Shown here piece after piece: positions 1 through 8,383 of a DNA stretch of 40,927 nt (its first letter is position 1; each line of letters starts with the position of its first letter). The position numbers and the translations under genes are program-made. The notes below the pieces were generated by a model. It was not told the origin of the DNA and did not search any database. It saw nothing but the letters and a program-made list of their open reading frames with translations. This stretch comes from Planctomycetaceae bacterium (GTDB lineage Bacteria; Planctomycetota; Planctomycetia; Planctomycetales; Planctomycetaceae), in assembly GCA_046318755.1 (NCBI GenBank), contig JBKCTR010000474.1:1-40927 (forward strand). Direction: 5' to 3'.

Positions 1-706
1 TCTTCAGGTCCTGCAGGACCGACTCGGGACGCATCTGCTGCAGGTTCACATAACAACCGGCATACGCCCCCGGCAGGAAGCGGTTTCCCCAGTTCGCCTG
101 CTGCCCGCGGGGCTGGGCGCGGGGAGAGAGGGCCACAAACCCGGGCAGGTTTTGGTTCTCGGTCCCCAGTCCGTAGACCAGCCACGAGCCGAGGCTGGGA
201 CGATTCGGCTGCAGGTGCCCCAGGTTCATCATCAAAATCGCCCCGGCATGTTCCGGGATGTCGGTGTGCATCGAGTGGATGAAGCAGATGTCATCCACCT
301 GACCGGCCACATGGGGGAAGAGATCGCTCACCCACTTGCCACAGTCGCCGTATTGCCGGAAGGTGAACGGCGAGGGGAACAGCCCTCCCTTGGTATTCCG
401 CAGCGATTTGCGGTCGACCTCGCTGGGACGCTGACCGGCGTGCCGGGCAATGGCGGGCTTGTAATCAAACGTGTCGACCTGCGACGGACCACCCGGCATG
501 AAGAGTTGGATGACGTGCTTCGCCCGCGGTGGGAAGTGCGGCGTGCCGGCGGCCAGAGGACTGGCCACCGCGTCCGACACCGTCGGGCCGGCTGTCGCCG
601 CCGAACCCAGCATCGCGGCCAGGCCGACCGAGCCAAACCCCGCCCCCATCCGGCCCAACAGATCACGACGGGTCAAACAGGCTGGCAGGGGCGGCTGGAT
701 GTGCAT
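1..706 (-). CDS. DUF1501 domain protein (sulfatase-like fold, Tat leader), N-terminal ~235 aa; the 3' end lies beyond the window start
   Basis: Absent from the ORF track because it runs off the edge. Hand translation from ATG 706-704 gives MHIQPPLPACLTRRDLLGRMGAGFGSVGLAAMLG...HFPPRAKHVIQLFMPGGPSQVDTFDYKP...DDICFIHSMHTD. It has a twin-arginine leader and the same GGPSxxDxxDxKP block as the full-length paralog at 25870-27333. Confidence 0.8.
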   Translation of the reverse strand, partial: MHIQPPLPACLTRRDLLGRMGAGFGSVGLAAMLGSAATAGPTVSDAVASPLAAGTPHFPPRAKHVIQLFMPGGPSQVDTFDYKPAIARHAGQRPSEVDRKSLRNTKGGLFPSPFTFRQYGDCGKWVSDLFPHVAGQVDDICFIHSMHTDIPEHAGAILMMNLGHLQPNRPSLGSWLVYGLGTENQNLPGFVALSPRAQPRGQQANWGNRFLPGAYAGCYVNLQQMRPESVLQDLK

Positions 707-835
707 GGTGGGACAGGGTTGAAGGGAGGCGGGAGGAGCGGGTGGAAGGAACGGATCAGGTCAGCCGGGCGTCCCAGCCAGCCGGATCGATGGACCCCGT
801 GCGTCAGCGTGTTGTCCGACGGTGCATCGCGGACT

Positions 836-3800
836 TCACTCGCCGGGTTTGCTGGGAGGATCACCCACGGTGTTGTCGGTCGCAGGGGGCTCACCCGTCT
901 TCCCCTGGGGCGTGGACTCTTCGGCGGAATGGTTTTCGGCCGGTTTGTCTTCCGCCGGCTTGATGGCGGGCTTCGCGTCGGCCGGTTTCGCGTCAGCGGC
1001 GTCCGCCGGTTTCTTGTCTTCGGGTTTGGCCTCGCCGGGCTTCGTCTCGACCGGCTTCGCCTCAGGGGTGGGTGGAGTGACCGCCGCCGCCCGCTCGGTG
1101 GGGTACAGGCGCAGACGGTCGTTCCAACCCCGCAGTTCAATGAAGCGGTCGCGGGCGTTGATGGTCAGGCTGCGGAAGCCAGGCTGCTGGGCCGACTTTT
1201 CGTCGAGCTTCCGCACTCCGGTCGCCTTGTCGAGTGCCACCAGGTGCATCGACCAGAAGTTCATCTGCCCCTTGTTCTCGAACTTGCGCGAGACGAACAG
1301 CAGCACCGGCGAGAACTCGAGCCGTTCAAGCAGCAGGTTCTGCCCCAGCACCTGCTGCTTCCAGCGGGGTTGGCCAGTGGCCAGTTCGAACGCCGCCACA
1401 GTGCCGTTGATCCGCACGTAAGGCAACTGTTCGTTGTAATAGTTCTGGATCGAACCGGGGCGATTGACCACCAGGTAGATCTGCTCGCGATCGGTGAAGA
1501 CAAACAGTTCATTCTTGGCCTTGATGTCGATCTCCGAGACATCGAGCGTCTGCCGCGAGCCGTCGGCCAGATCCAACACCCCCAGCGTGGCGGTCTTCAC
1601 GTCTTTACCCGCCGGTTCGACGTAGGCCAGCCGCTCGTCGTCGAGCAGAGTCACCAGGGCCCCCTTCCGTACCTGGGTCTTCCAGACGTCCTGTTCCGCC
1701 AGCGGGTTGTAGCGGCGCAGCTCAACCTCCTTCTCAGACGTGGTCGCCAGCAGCAGGTCGTCTCCCAGGGCATGCAGCGACTTCTGCTGCAATTCCCGCA
1801 GCTTGGGAACTTCGACCGGACGGCCATCGAGCGTGCGCAGCGCCTGCGGTCCCCCCGCGGGCGCATTCCGGACCATTCCCGACATGGGGATCGACGACCG
1901 CATGCCAAGTTGTGTCATCGCCTGCGCCTGCAGATCGAGTCCTCCCAGATACACCACCCGATCCCCCCCCGTCAGTCCCAAGCCATTCCGAGGGACCCGC
2001 ATTTGCCAGCGCACCTCCCCCGTCTCGGCATCCAACACCTGCAGATACCGCCGTCCCAGCACACCAATCACCTCCTCGCCCATCAACGACAGGGGGCCGG
2101 CCGAGGTCTGCACCTGCAGCGGCTGCCGATTGTTGCCCGTGGGAATGGTCCGCAGCGGCAGGAACGGTGTCTGCGCCCGCCCGTAGTATTGCTGGGCCGA
2201 CCGGGCCTCCAGCGGCCTTGTCCACAATGTCTGTTTCTCGTACGGCGAGAGCGCATGCAGCACCCCCTGGAACAGCAGCAGCATGCGGTGCCCCTGGCCA
2301 CGGGCGAACGCCATCCCCCCCTCATTCCCGCCGGTGCCCGATCTCAGCGGCAGGGTCCAGAAACCCCGGTCGCTCGCCCCCTCAACCATCTCCAACCGCT
2401 GCGATTGCGGATCGACATTCAGACGGTATCGCCCAAACAGCGGCGTGCGGGGTCCCAGCCCACCCAACTCCATGGTTGTGTAATTCTGATAGTTCGCCGC
2501 CATGCGCTCGGTCCGCAGTCCCGCCTCGGGCCAGACCACTCCCCGTGCCGGAGCCCCCTCCAACGACCATTCCTTCAACAGGCTCTCACTGACTTGGGCA
2601 CCGGTCCGGCCATCGGCGAGCGTCGTGTCGCGGTAACGGGTTCCGAGGGACTGCGCCACCACCCGGGCATCTTCCCGCAACCCAAACTCCTCCAGCAGCC
2701 GCGCGAGCCGCTCGACCGCCCGCACCCCCAGCTCGGGGCTGCCCCGGCGGGCGACCCGCTGCAGGTGAAACTCGGCCCGGCCGAGGTGCTTGTCTGCGGC
2801 CAGATCGTCGGCGTACTTCAGCCGCACCTCATGGGACTGTGGTTGATCCGGGAAACGATCGAGAAACCGCCGGCGATCTTCGGGACTCCCCTCCAGAGCC
2901 CGCCGCACCAGCTCAGCCACCCGCGCTTCGAGGGCGGGCTTTTGCTCGGGGGTCAGGTTCGCCAGCAGATCGACCAGCTTCCCCGCCACCCACCAGTCGG
3001 CCCGCACCTGAACCGCCGGGTGATGGTCTTGGGGAATCATCTGCCGTCCCGAATCGTCGGCCAGTTTCAGGTAGGCATCGAACGCCAGTTCAAATTGCTG
3101 ATCGGCCAGGTGCCGGTCCGCCTGCAGCCGACGCAGCGCCAGCACCTGCTCGGGCGACTCGGCCAGTTCCTGCAACTGCCGCATGTCAGCGTCGATCGAC
3201 GGCCGATGAAAGTCGGCCCGCACCAGCGTCTGGAGCGAACTGAACAACAACCCCCGGCGACGCGCCTCGTAGGCTTCGGGCAGCGAGCCGGCGGGAATAC
3301 GCCGCAGCAGCTCGACCGCCGGCTCGTGGCTGCGCTGCAGCAGGGCCATCTCGGCCTCGCGCAGCAGGGCCAGCGGATCTTCGGGGTTTGTGGCCTTCCT
3401 CCGGGCGATTTCCCCCGTGATGGTTTCCCGGTCTTCGTAGGCCGTGATGGCGAACGGGTCGACCGACACCAGCAAACCGTCCGCCAGCACCAGATTCCCC
3501 ACCCCTCCCGTGGCCGAATCGGGCAGATAGGTCTGCGAGACGATCGCCCCCTTCGCCAGGTCCAGCGTGACGATCTCACCCCCGGCGAGCGGCAGGTGAT
3601 AGCGGTTCTCGCTGGCCACACCCCGACCAGAAGGGAGCGCATGGCTGGCCGTCCAGACCTGTTCCCCATCGGTCAAACGATAAGCGACCGTCATCTCGCG
3701 TCCCACCACCACCACCAGCCCATCAAACACCCCCGCCACGTACAGCCCATTGCCCCGGGGCTTGTTCCACAGCTCTTTCCCCGTCGACTGGTCGAGGCAA

Positions 3801-6013
3801 TACAAGAAGCCCTGCTGAGGATCGATCGGGGCATGCAAGACCCGCCCTCCCGCCGCGATGGGAGGAGTGGGCTGCCAGACTCCCCCCAGCGAGTACTGTG
3901 TCACCATCTGTCCCAAGGCACTGCCGTCGGGGCCGGTCATTTGCGGTTGCTGCGGCCGGGCAGGACGATAGCCCCAGGTGACCGAGTGGGTCGTGCGGTC
4001 GACCGCCACCAGCCAGCCCACCGTCGTTGGGCAGAGAATCTGTCCGTTGTCGATCGCCGGCTGCGCGGTAAACCACCGGCGGCCCACGTCTTTGCCGATG
4101 GCCGTGTCGGCATACGCCACCAACTGCGACCACAACTCGACCCCCGAGGCGGGATCGAGACACAGCAGCCGAATCTGTCCCGTGCGGTCTCCCGAAGTGG
4201 CCTCCCCCAGCACGAACATCTCTCCACGATCGACCACGGGCGGTCCGAACAAAAAGTACCCCGCCAGCGGCGGATCGAGATCTTCTCCCTGCGCGGGCCC
4301 CCCCACTTCCCACAGCGGCCGCCCCGTCCGCAAGTCGTACGCCGTCAGTTGGGTCGAGACCTCAAACATCTGCTGCGGCATGCCATTCCAGCCCCAGTGC
4401 TGCCCCGGCTGCAATTGGGTCAGAAACTGGTTGTCTTCCAGCACAAACAGGCGCGAGCCGTCGGAACTGACCAAGCCAAAGTTCGCGTTCCGAAAGACCA
4501 GGTGGGCCAGGGGGGTGTTTTCGCCGGCACCGGGGGAATACCCGAAGTTGCCTCCCCCCGGCATCATCCCCCGGATGAATGCGCCGCCGCCGAAGAACTG
4601 GTTGTGCTCGACCTGCTCGGTGTTGCCCCGCAGCAGCGAGTCGATCGGCTGCCGTTCGAGGGAAGACCACAACAGCCGCCCGCTCACCGCCTCGATCACC
4701 TGCACCCCATACAGCGTCCGCACCGCCAGCAGGCCGTCAATCAAGACCGGGTTCATCACCGGGATTGTGGGAATCTGGGCGTCGGTCAGGTCTTCGATCA
4801 GGTTGGTCAACTGGTCGTGGGCCGTTTCACTCTGGGTCAGGCGTTGCTGCCAGCGGAAATACAAGAGGGGCGTGCCTCCCTTCTGCCGCCCGGCATGCGC
4901 TGCATTGCCATAGAATTGGGGCCAGTCACGCTGCGGCCCCGCATCGAGCCCGATGGGGGTGGTGCGTCCCTGCCACCAGGCGGTCGGTTCCTGGCGAGTG
5001 CCGGCCAGGTCGACCCCCTTCGTCCCGGCCGAGGCCAAGAGCGTCTGGGCCGGTTCGTCGAGCCCCGCGGCACGCAGGGCGAACGCGCTTTTCAGACGCC
5101 ATTGCGAATCATCGGTCAGGCCGGGTTTTGCCTTCCACAGCGCGGTAAACCAGCGGGCGGCGGCGGCATACTCCCCCCGCTCGAGGTGGTAGGACCCCAG
5201 GCGGTTGGCCGCCTCGTAACCGGCGGGAGTGTGGAAATAGCCCCGTGCCACCCGGCCCAATCCCGCTGGACGCCCCGTGGCCAGAGCTTCGGTCAGCAGT
5301 TGCTGGGCCAGACCGCTGTACTGCGTGCGGTATTGTTCCAGCAGTTCAGCCGGAGCCTGGCCACGCAACTCGTCTGCCGCTCCGCGCAACGAACTCCAGG
5401 TCCCTTCGGAATCGAACAGCGAGTCTTCGGGCAACTCCGAAATCTTTTGCAGCAGTTCCAGGGCGGCGGGCCAGTCTCCCGCCTGCACCAGCCCCTTCGC
5501 CTTGATCAGATACCCAGCCCCCTTTTGGTCATAGGGGGCGGTGGGATCTTTCGAATGCTTCTTCGCCCCGGGTTTGTCGGGGACCGGTTCGGTCGGGACG
5601 GTGGGATTTGGCTTGGCCCCCTTCGCCGGTCGGAAGTTGCGGATCAACAGATCGGTCAGCGGATTCCGCGGCTTCTCCTTCTTCTCCCCCTCTTTCTCTT
5701 TGCCATCCGCTTTGCCGTCGGCGGGCTTGGCCTCTCCCTCTTTGGCCTCTCCCTCTTTGGTCTCGGCTTTCGGCTGGTCCGCCCCCGGCTTCTCGGCGGC
5801 TGGTTTGCCGTCTTCGCCCGTTTTGCCGGGCTTCGACTCGCCAGGCTGGGATTGGCCCTTGTCCCGAGCCTTCGCACCGTTCTCAGCCTCCTCAGATTTG
5901 GCAGGCGAGGTATTACCGGCGGCGGGCGGATCATCGCCTCGGGCGGACGGGGTGAACGGCCCGTGCCAGACCAGCGTCAGAAAGACCAGCAGCGGCCAGA
6001 GGCTGTGGGGCAT
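836..6013 (-). CDS. Giant exported PQQ-like (BamB-type) beta-propeller repeat protein with a TPR-like region and K/E/P/A-rich termini
   Basis: ORF 836-6076. I moved the start to ATG 6013-6011 (MPHSLWPLLVFLTLVW, signal-like). It carries many copies of the PQQ-like propeller signature (LLCLDPASGVELWSQ, LYCLDQSTGKELWNK, LQVLDAETGEVRWQM, AAFELATGQPRWKQQ, LVALDKATGVRKL, LTAYDLRTGRPLWEV). Both ends have low-complexity KPxEAKP-type tracts. Confidence 0.85.
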   Translation of the reverse strand: MPHSLWPLLVFLTLVWHGPFTPSARGDDPPAAGNTSPAKSEEAENGAKARDKGQSQPGESKPGKTGEDGKPAAEKPGADQPKAETKEGEAKEGEAKPADGKADGKEKEGEKKEKPRNPLTDLLIRNFRPAKGAKPNPTVPTEPVPDKPGAKKHSKDPTAPYDQKGAGYLIKAKGLVQAGDWPAALELLQKISELPEDSLFDSEGTWSSLRGAADELRGQAPAELLEQYRTQYSGLAQQLLTEALATGRPAGLGRVARGYFHTPAGYEAANRLGSYHLERGEYAAAARWFTALWKAKPGLTDDSQWRLKSAFALRAAGLDEPAQTLLASAGTKGVDLAGTRQEPTAWWQGRTTPIGLDAGPQRDWPQFYGNAAHAGRQKGGTPLLYFRWQQRLTQSETAHDQLTNLIEDLTDAQIPTIPVMNPVLIDGLLAVRTLYGVQVIEAVSGRLLWSSLERQPIDSLLRGNTEQVEHNQFFGGGAFIRGMMPGGGNFGYSPGAGENTPLAHLVFRNANFGLVSSDGSRLFVLEDNQFLTQLQPGQHWGWNGMPQQMFEVSTQLTAYDLRTGRPLWEVGGPAQGEDLDPPLAGYFLFGPPVVDRGEMFVLGEATSGDRTGQIRLLCLDPASGVELWSQLVAYADTAIGKDVGRRWFTAQPAIDNGQILCPTTVGWLVAVDRTTHSVTWGYRPARPQQPQMTGPDGSALGQMVTQYSLGGVWQPTPPIAAGGRVLHAPIDPQQGFLYCLDQSTGKELWNKPRGNGLYVAGVFDGLVVVVGREMTVAYRLTDGEQVWTASHALPSGRGVASENRYHLPLAGGEIVTLDLAKGAIVSQTYLPDSATGGVGNLVLADGLLVSVDPFAITAYEDRETITGEIARRKATNPEDPLALLREAEMALLQRSHEPAVELLRRIPAGSLPEAYEARRRGLLFSSLQTLVRADFHRPSIDADMRQLQELAESPEQVLALRRLQADRHLADQQFELAFDAYLKLADDSGRQMIPQDHHPAVQVRADWWVAGKLVDLLANLTPEQKPALEARVAELVRRALEGSPEDRRRFLDRFPDQPQSHEVRLKYADDLAADKHLGRAEFHLQRVARRGSPELGVRAVERLARLLEEFGLREDARVVAQSLGTRYRDTTLADGRTGAQVSESLLKEWSLEGAPARGVVWPEAGLRTERMAANYQNYTTMELGGLGPRTPLFGRYRLNVDPQSQRLEMVEGASDRGFWTLPLRSGTGGNEGGMAFARGQGHRMLLLFQGVLHALSPYEKQTLWTRPLEARSAQQYYGRAQTPFLPLRTIPTGNNRQPLQVQTSAGPLSLMGEEVIGVLGRRYLQVLDAETGEVRWQMRVPRNGLGLTGGDRVVYLGGLDLQAQAMTQLGMRSSIPMSGMVRNAPAGGPQALRTLDGRPVEVPKLRELQQKSLHALGDDLLLATTSEKEVELRRYNPLAEQDVWKTQVRKGALVTLLDDERLAYVEPAGKDVKTATLGVLDLADGSRQTLDVSEIDIKAKNELFVFTDREQIYLVVNRPGSIQNYYNEQLPYVRINGTVAAFELATGQPRWKQQVLGQNLLLERLEFSPVLLFVSRKFENKGQMNFWSMHLVALDKATGVRKLDEKSAQQPGFRSLTINARDRFIELRGWNDRLRLYPTERAAAVTPPTPEAKPVETKPGEAKPEDKKPADAADAKPADAKPAIKPAEDKPAENHSAEESTPQGKTGEPPATDNTVGDPPSKPGE

Positions 6014-6263
6014 GTGGGGACCGGCGATCGAACGATGTGGCGGGAACGACAGCTCGCAAGAAGCAAACGACATCACAACCTCGGGTCACACGCGGCCAGC
6101 CGGGGAAACGGGGTCGCGACCAACCGCGATTTCCGGCAAAAATCAAAGGCAATTGTCAGCCCCCCTCTGGCAAAACGCAAGGTGAATACCGGTCCCGTCT
6201 GGAATTCGCAGTCCCCGCGGGTTACCATATGCAGGGGTGTTCTTTGATGGGAACCGTCGTTGC

Positions 6264-6731
6264 ATGTTGTGTCCATTTTGTCGCAAGAGCGAAACCCGCG
6301 TGATTGATTCGCGGGCCAGTGAAGATTTCGCGATTCGTCGTCGACGGGAATGCCTCAACCTCAAGTGCGGCCGACGGTTTACCACGTATGAAAAGATCGA
6401 AGAAACCCCGCTGAAAGTGGTCAAAAAAGACGGCACGCGGGTGCCGTTCGACCGGGGAAAGATCTATCGCGGGGTCGAAAAGGCCTGCTACAAGCGTCCT
6501 GTCAGTGCCGAGCAGATCGAACGGCTGGTGGCCCAGGTCGAAAGCGAGATCTACCAGAACTACGAGGGTGAAGTTCCCTCCCGCTCGATCGGTGAGCTGG
6601 TGTTCAATGCCCTGCGGGAAGTCGACCAGGTGGCGTTCGTCCGGTTCGCCTCGGTCTACCGTGAGTTCCAGGACGTCAACGACTTCGTGGAAGAACTCGA
6701 GCCGATCCTGCGGCAGTCGGGCCGGTCGTAA
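6264..6731 (+). CDS. nrdR: Transcriptional repressor NrdR (zinc ribbon + ATP-cone)
   Basis: [47 protein letters not shown]... is the canonical NrdR N-terminus (CxxC...CxxC ribbon), followed by an ATP-cone. Start set at the ATG at 6264 inside ORF 6237-6731. Confidence 0.95.
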   Translation: MLCPFCRKSETRVIDSRASEDFAIRRRRECLNLKCGRRFTTYEKIEETPLKVVKKDGTRVPFDRGKIYRGVEKACYKRPVSAEQIERLVAQVESEIYQNYEGEVPSRSIGELVFNALREVDQVAFVRFASVYREFQDVNDFVEELEPILRQSGRS

Positions 6732-7201
6732 CCGCCCCGCTCGCCGGGGTTGGCTGATCTTCCGGGCCAACCGTGTTGACGAGGCCTTTCCTGGAGTCAG
6801 GGCCCGCCCACGCTCCTTCTCTCCGGGCCAATTCCGCCGATCCTCGCGGTCCCGCAGTGATTGACCACGGCCGCCGTAATCTCGAAAGCCGCCAGCGTCG
6901 TCCCACGGACAAGGCCGAGAGGCATGATCGAACAGTTTCGCACTAAAGCAGTACGATCCACCCAATATGAATGTCTCAATCCCGGGAAGGGTCCACACTG
7001 GCAACCGCCTCCAGTTATCACTGTGGGAATCTGCCGAAGCTGTTGGTTTTCTGGGCATTCCGTTACGCTCCCTGTGAAGTGGTGTTTTGGCCTGCCGCCG
7101 ACCGGTCACCCAGAAAAGTTTCCCGGGGAGTCGCGAGCTGGTTGTGGCACTGGCAGCGGGCTCGCGCACGCGCGTCCTTTCCTTTTCCTTCGGCACGGGT
7201 C

Positions 7202-8218
7202 ATGGCGTTCTTCGTTGGCATAGAGATCGGTGGCACCAAACTGCAATTGGCTGTGGGCGACGGTCAAGGCCCGCCCCTCCGTGCACTCGTCCGAGACACG
7301 GTAGCGTCGCCCAGCACCGCCCCGCTCATCCAACAGCAGATTCTCGATGGGTATCATCGCCTGTTGCGCGAGGTGCAACTGCCGGCAGAGCAGATCGCCG
7401 GGATTGGAATTGGCTTTGGAGGCCCAGTCGACACCCAGCGGGGAACGATCGTCACGAGCCACCAGGTCGCCGGCTGGAATGACTTCCCGATTGTGGAATG
7501 GCTGCACCGTGAACTGGGCCGCCCCGTGTTGCTGCACAACGATGCCGATTCGGCCGCGTTTGCCGAGGCTCAGTTTGGCGCGGGACGTGGGTTCGACCCG
7601 GTCCTCTACGTCACCGTCGGTTCGGGAATTGGCGGAGGTCTGGTCTTTCGCGGCGAGGTGTATCGGGGCCTGGGTGCCGGGGCCCTTGAGATTGGGCACC
7701 TGCGCCCCCTGGGAACCCCCACCCACATTCCCCTTCCCGGGACCACGGTCGAATCGATCGCCAGTGGATTTGGCATCACGCAGCGCGCCCAGCGCCTGCT
7801 GACGGAACAGGGATTGGCCGCGCGGCTGGCAGTCGGCTCCACCGACGGACTGGCCCGGGTGTGCGGCGGGGACCCAAGCGCACTCAACACCCGGTTGATT
7901 GTGGAGGGGGCCCGAGGGGGAGACCCGGTCTGCCAGAAGCTGCTCGACGACGGCACCGACACCTTGGGTTGGGCGCTGGCCCAGGCGATTGCCCTGTTGA
8001 ATCCGGCCCGCATTGTCATTGGGGGCGGCGTCTCGTTGCGGGGCGAGGTGGAGTTTTTTGAACCGGTCCGGGCGGCCTGCCAGCGGTACGCCTTTGCTCC
8101 GTTCCGCGCTCTGGCCGAGATCGTTCCAGCGTACCTGGAAGAAGAAGTGGTGGTGCATGGCGCGGTGGCCCTGGCTGCCCAGTACCACGCGGCCCGCCAG
8201 GCGTCCCGCACGACCTGA
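7202..8218 (+). CDS. ROK-family sugar kinase / regulator-like protein
   Basis: Start at ATG 7202 (MAFFVGIEIGGTKLQLAVGDG) inside ORF 6971-8218. Motifs GIGFGGPVD, HNDADSAAFAE and VTVGSGIGGG are typical of the ROK/ASKHA fold. The Cys-rich zinc motif of classical ROK glucokinases is not evident. Confidence 0.8.
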   Translation: MAFFVGIEIGGTKLQLAVGDGQGPPLRALVRDTVASPSTAPLIQQQILDGYHRLLREVQLPAEQIAGIGIGFGGPVDTQRGTIVTSHQVAGWNDFPIVEWLHRELGRPVLLHNDADSAAFAEAQFGAGRGFDPVLYVTVGSGIGGGLVFRGEVYRGLGAGALEIGHLRPLGTPTHIPLPGTTVESIASGFGITQRAQRLLTEQGLAARLAVGSTDGLARVCGGDPSALNTRLIVEGARGGDPVCQKLLDDGTDTLGWALAQAIALLNPARIVIGGGVSLRGEVEFFEPVRAACQRYAFAPFRALAEIVPAYLEEEVVVHGAVALAAQYHAARQASRTT

Positions 8219-8383
8219 GTCGACGGGCTCCCAGACCACCCGATCGGCCCGGACCGATTCGCATTCCCCCGGGATTTCTGGGATAATCCCCAGACGCCGG
8301 GGCCAGGCTGGCGCGTGCCAGCGCGGGGGACCGACCGGCCCGATGGGAACCTGTTCCCGTGGCTTTGCGCGAGCCTGTCCGCC

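Noticed and set aside
152-6247. 2031-aa plus-strand ORF, the longest in the track
   Set aside because: It is Arg/Pro/Gly/Gln-rich with no recognisable motifs. It is exactly antisense to two genes with clear domain signatures (DUF1501 and the PQQ-like propeller). This is a classic high-GC shadow ORF.
6200-6263. NrdR box upstream of nrdR (ccatatgc)
   Set aside because: It is only a short partial palindrome. It matches neither the 16-nt NrdR-box consensus nor its usual tandem arrangement.
6748-6772. Hairpin GGTTGGC-N11-GCCAACC after nrdR, and overlapping hairpins at 14598-14624 between the convergent WD40 genes, as terminators
   Set aside because: The stems are short (5-7 bp) with large or alternative loops and no U-tracts. 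The evidence is too weak to annotate them.
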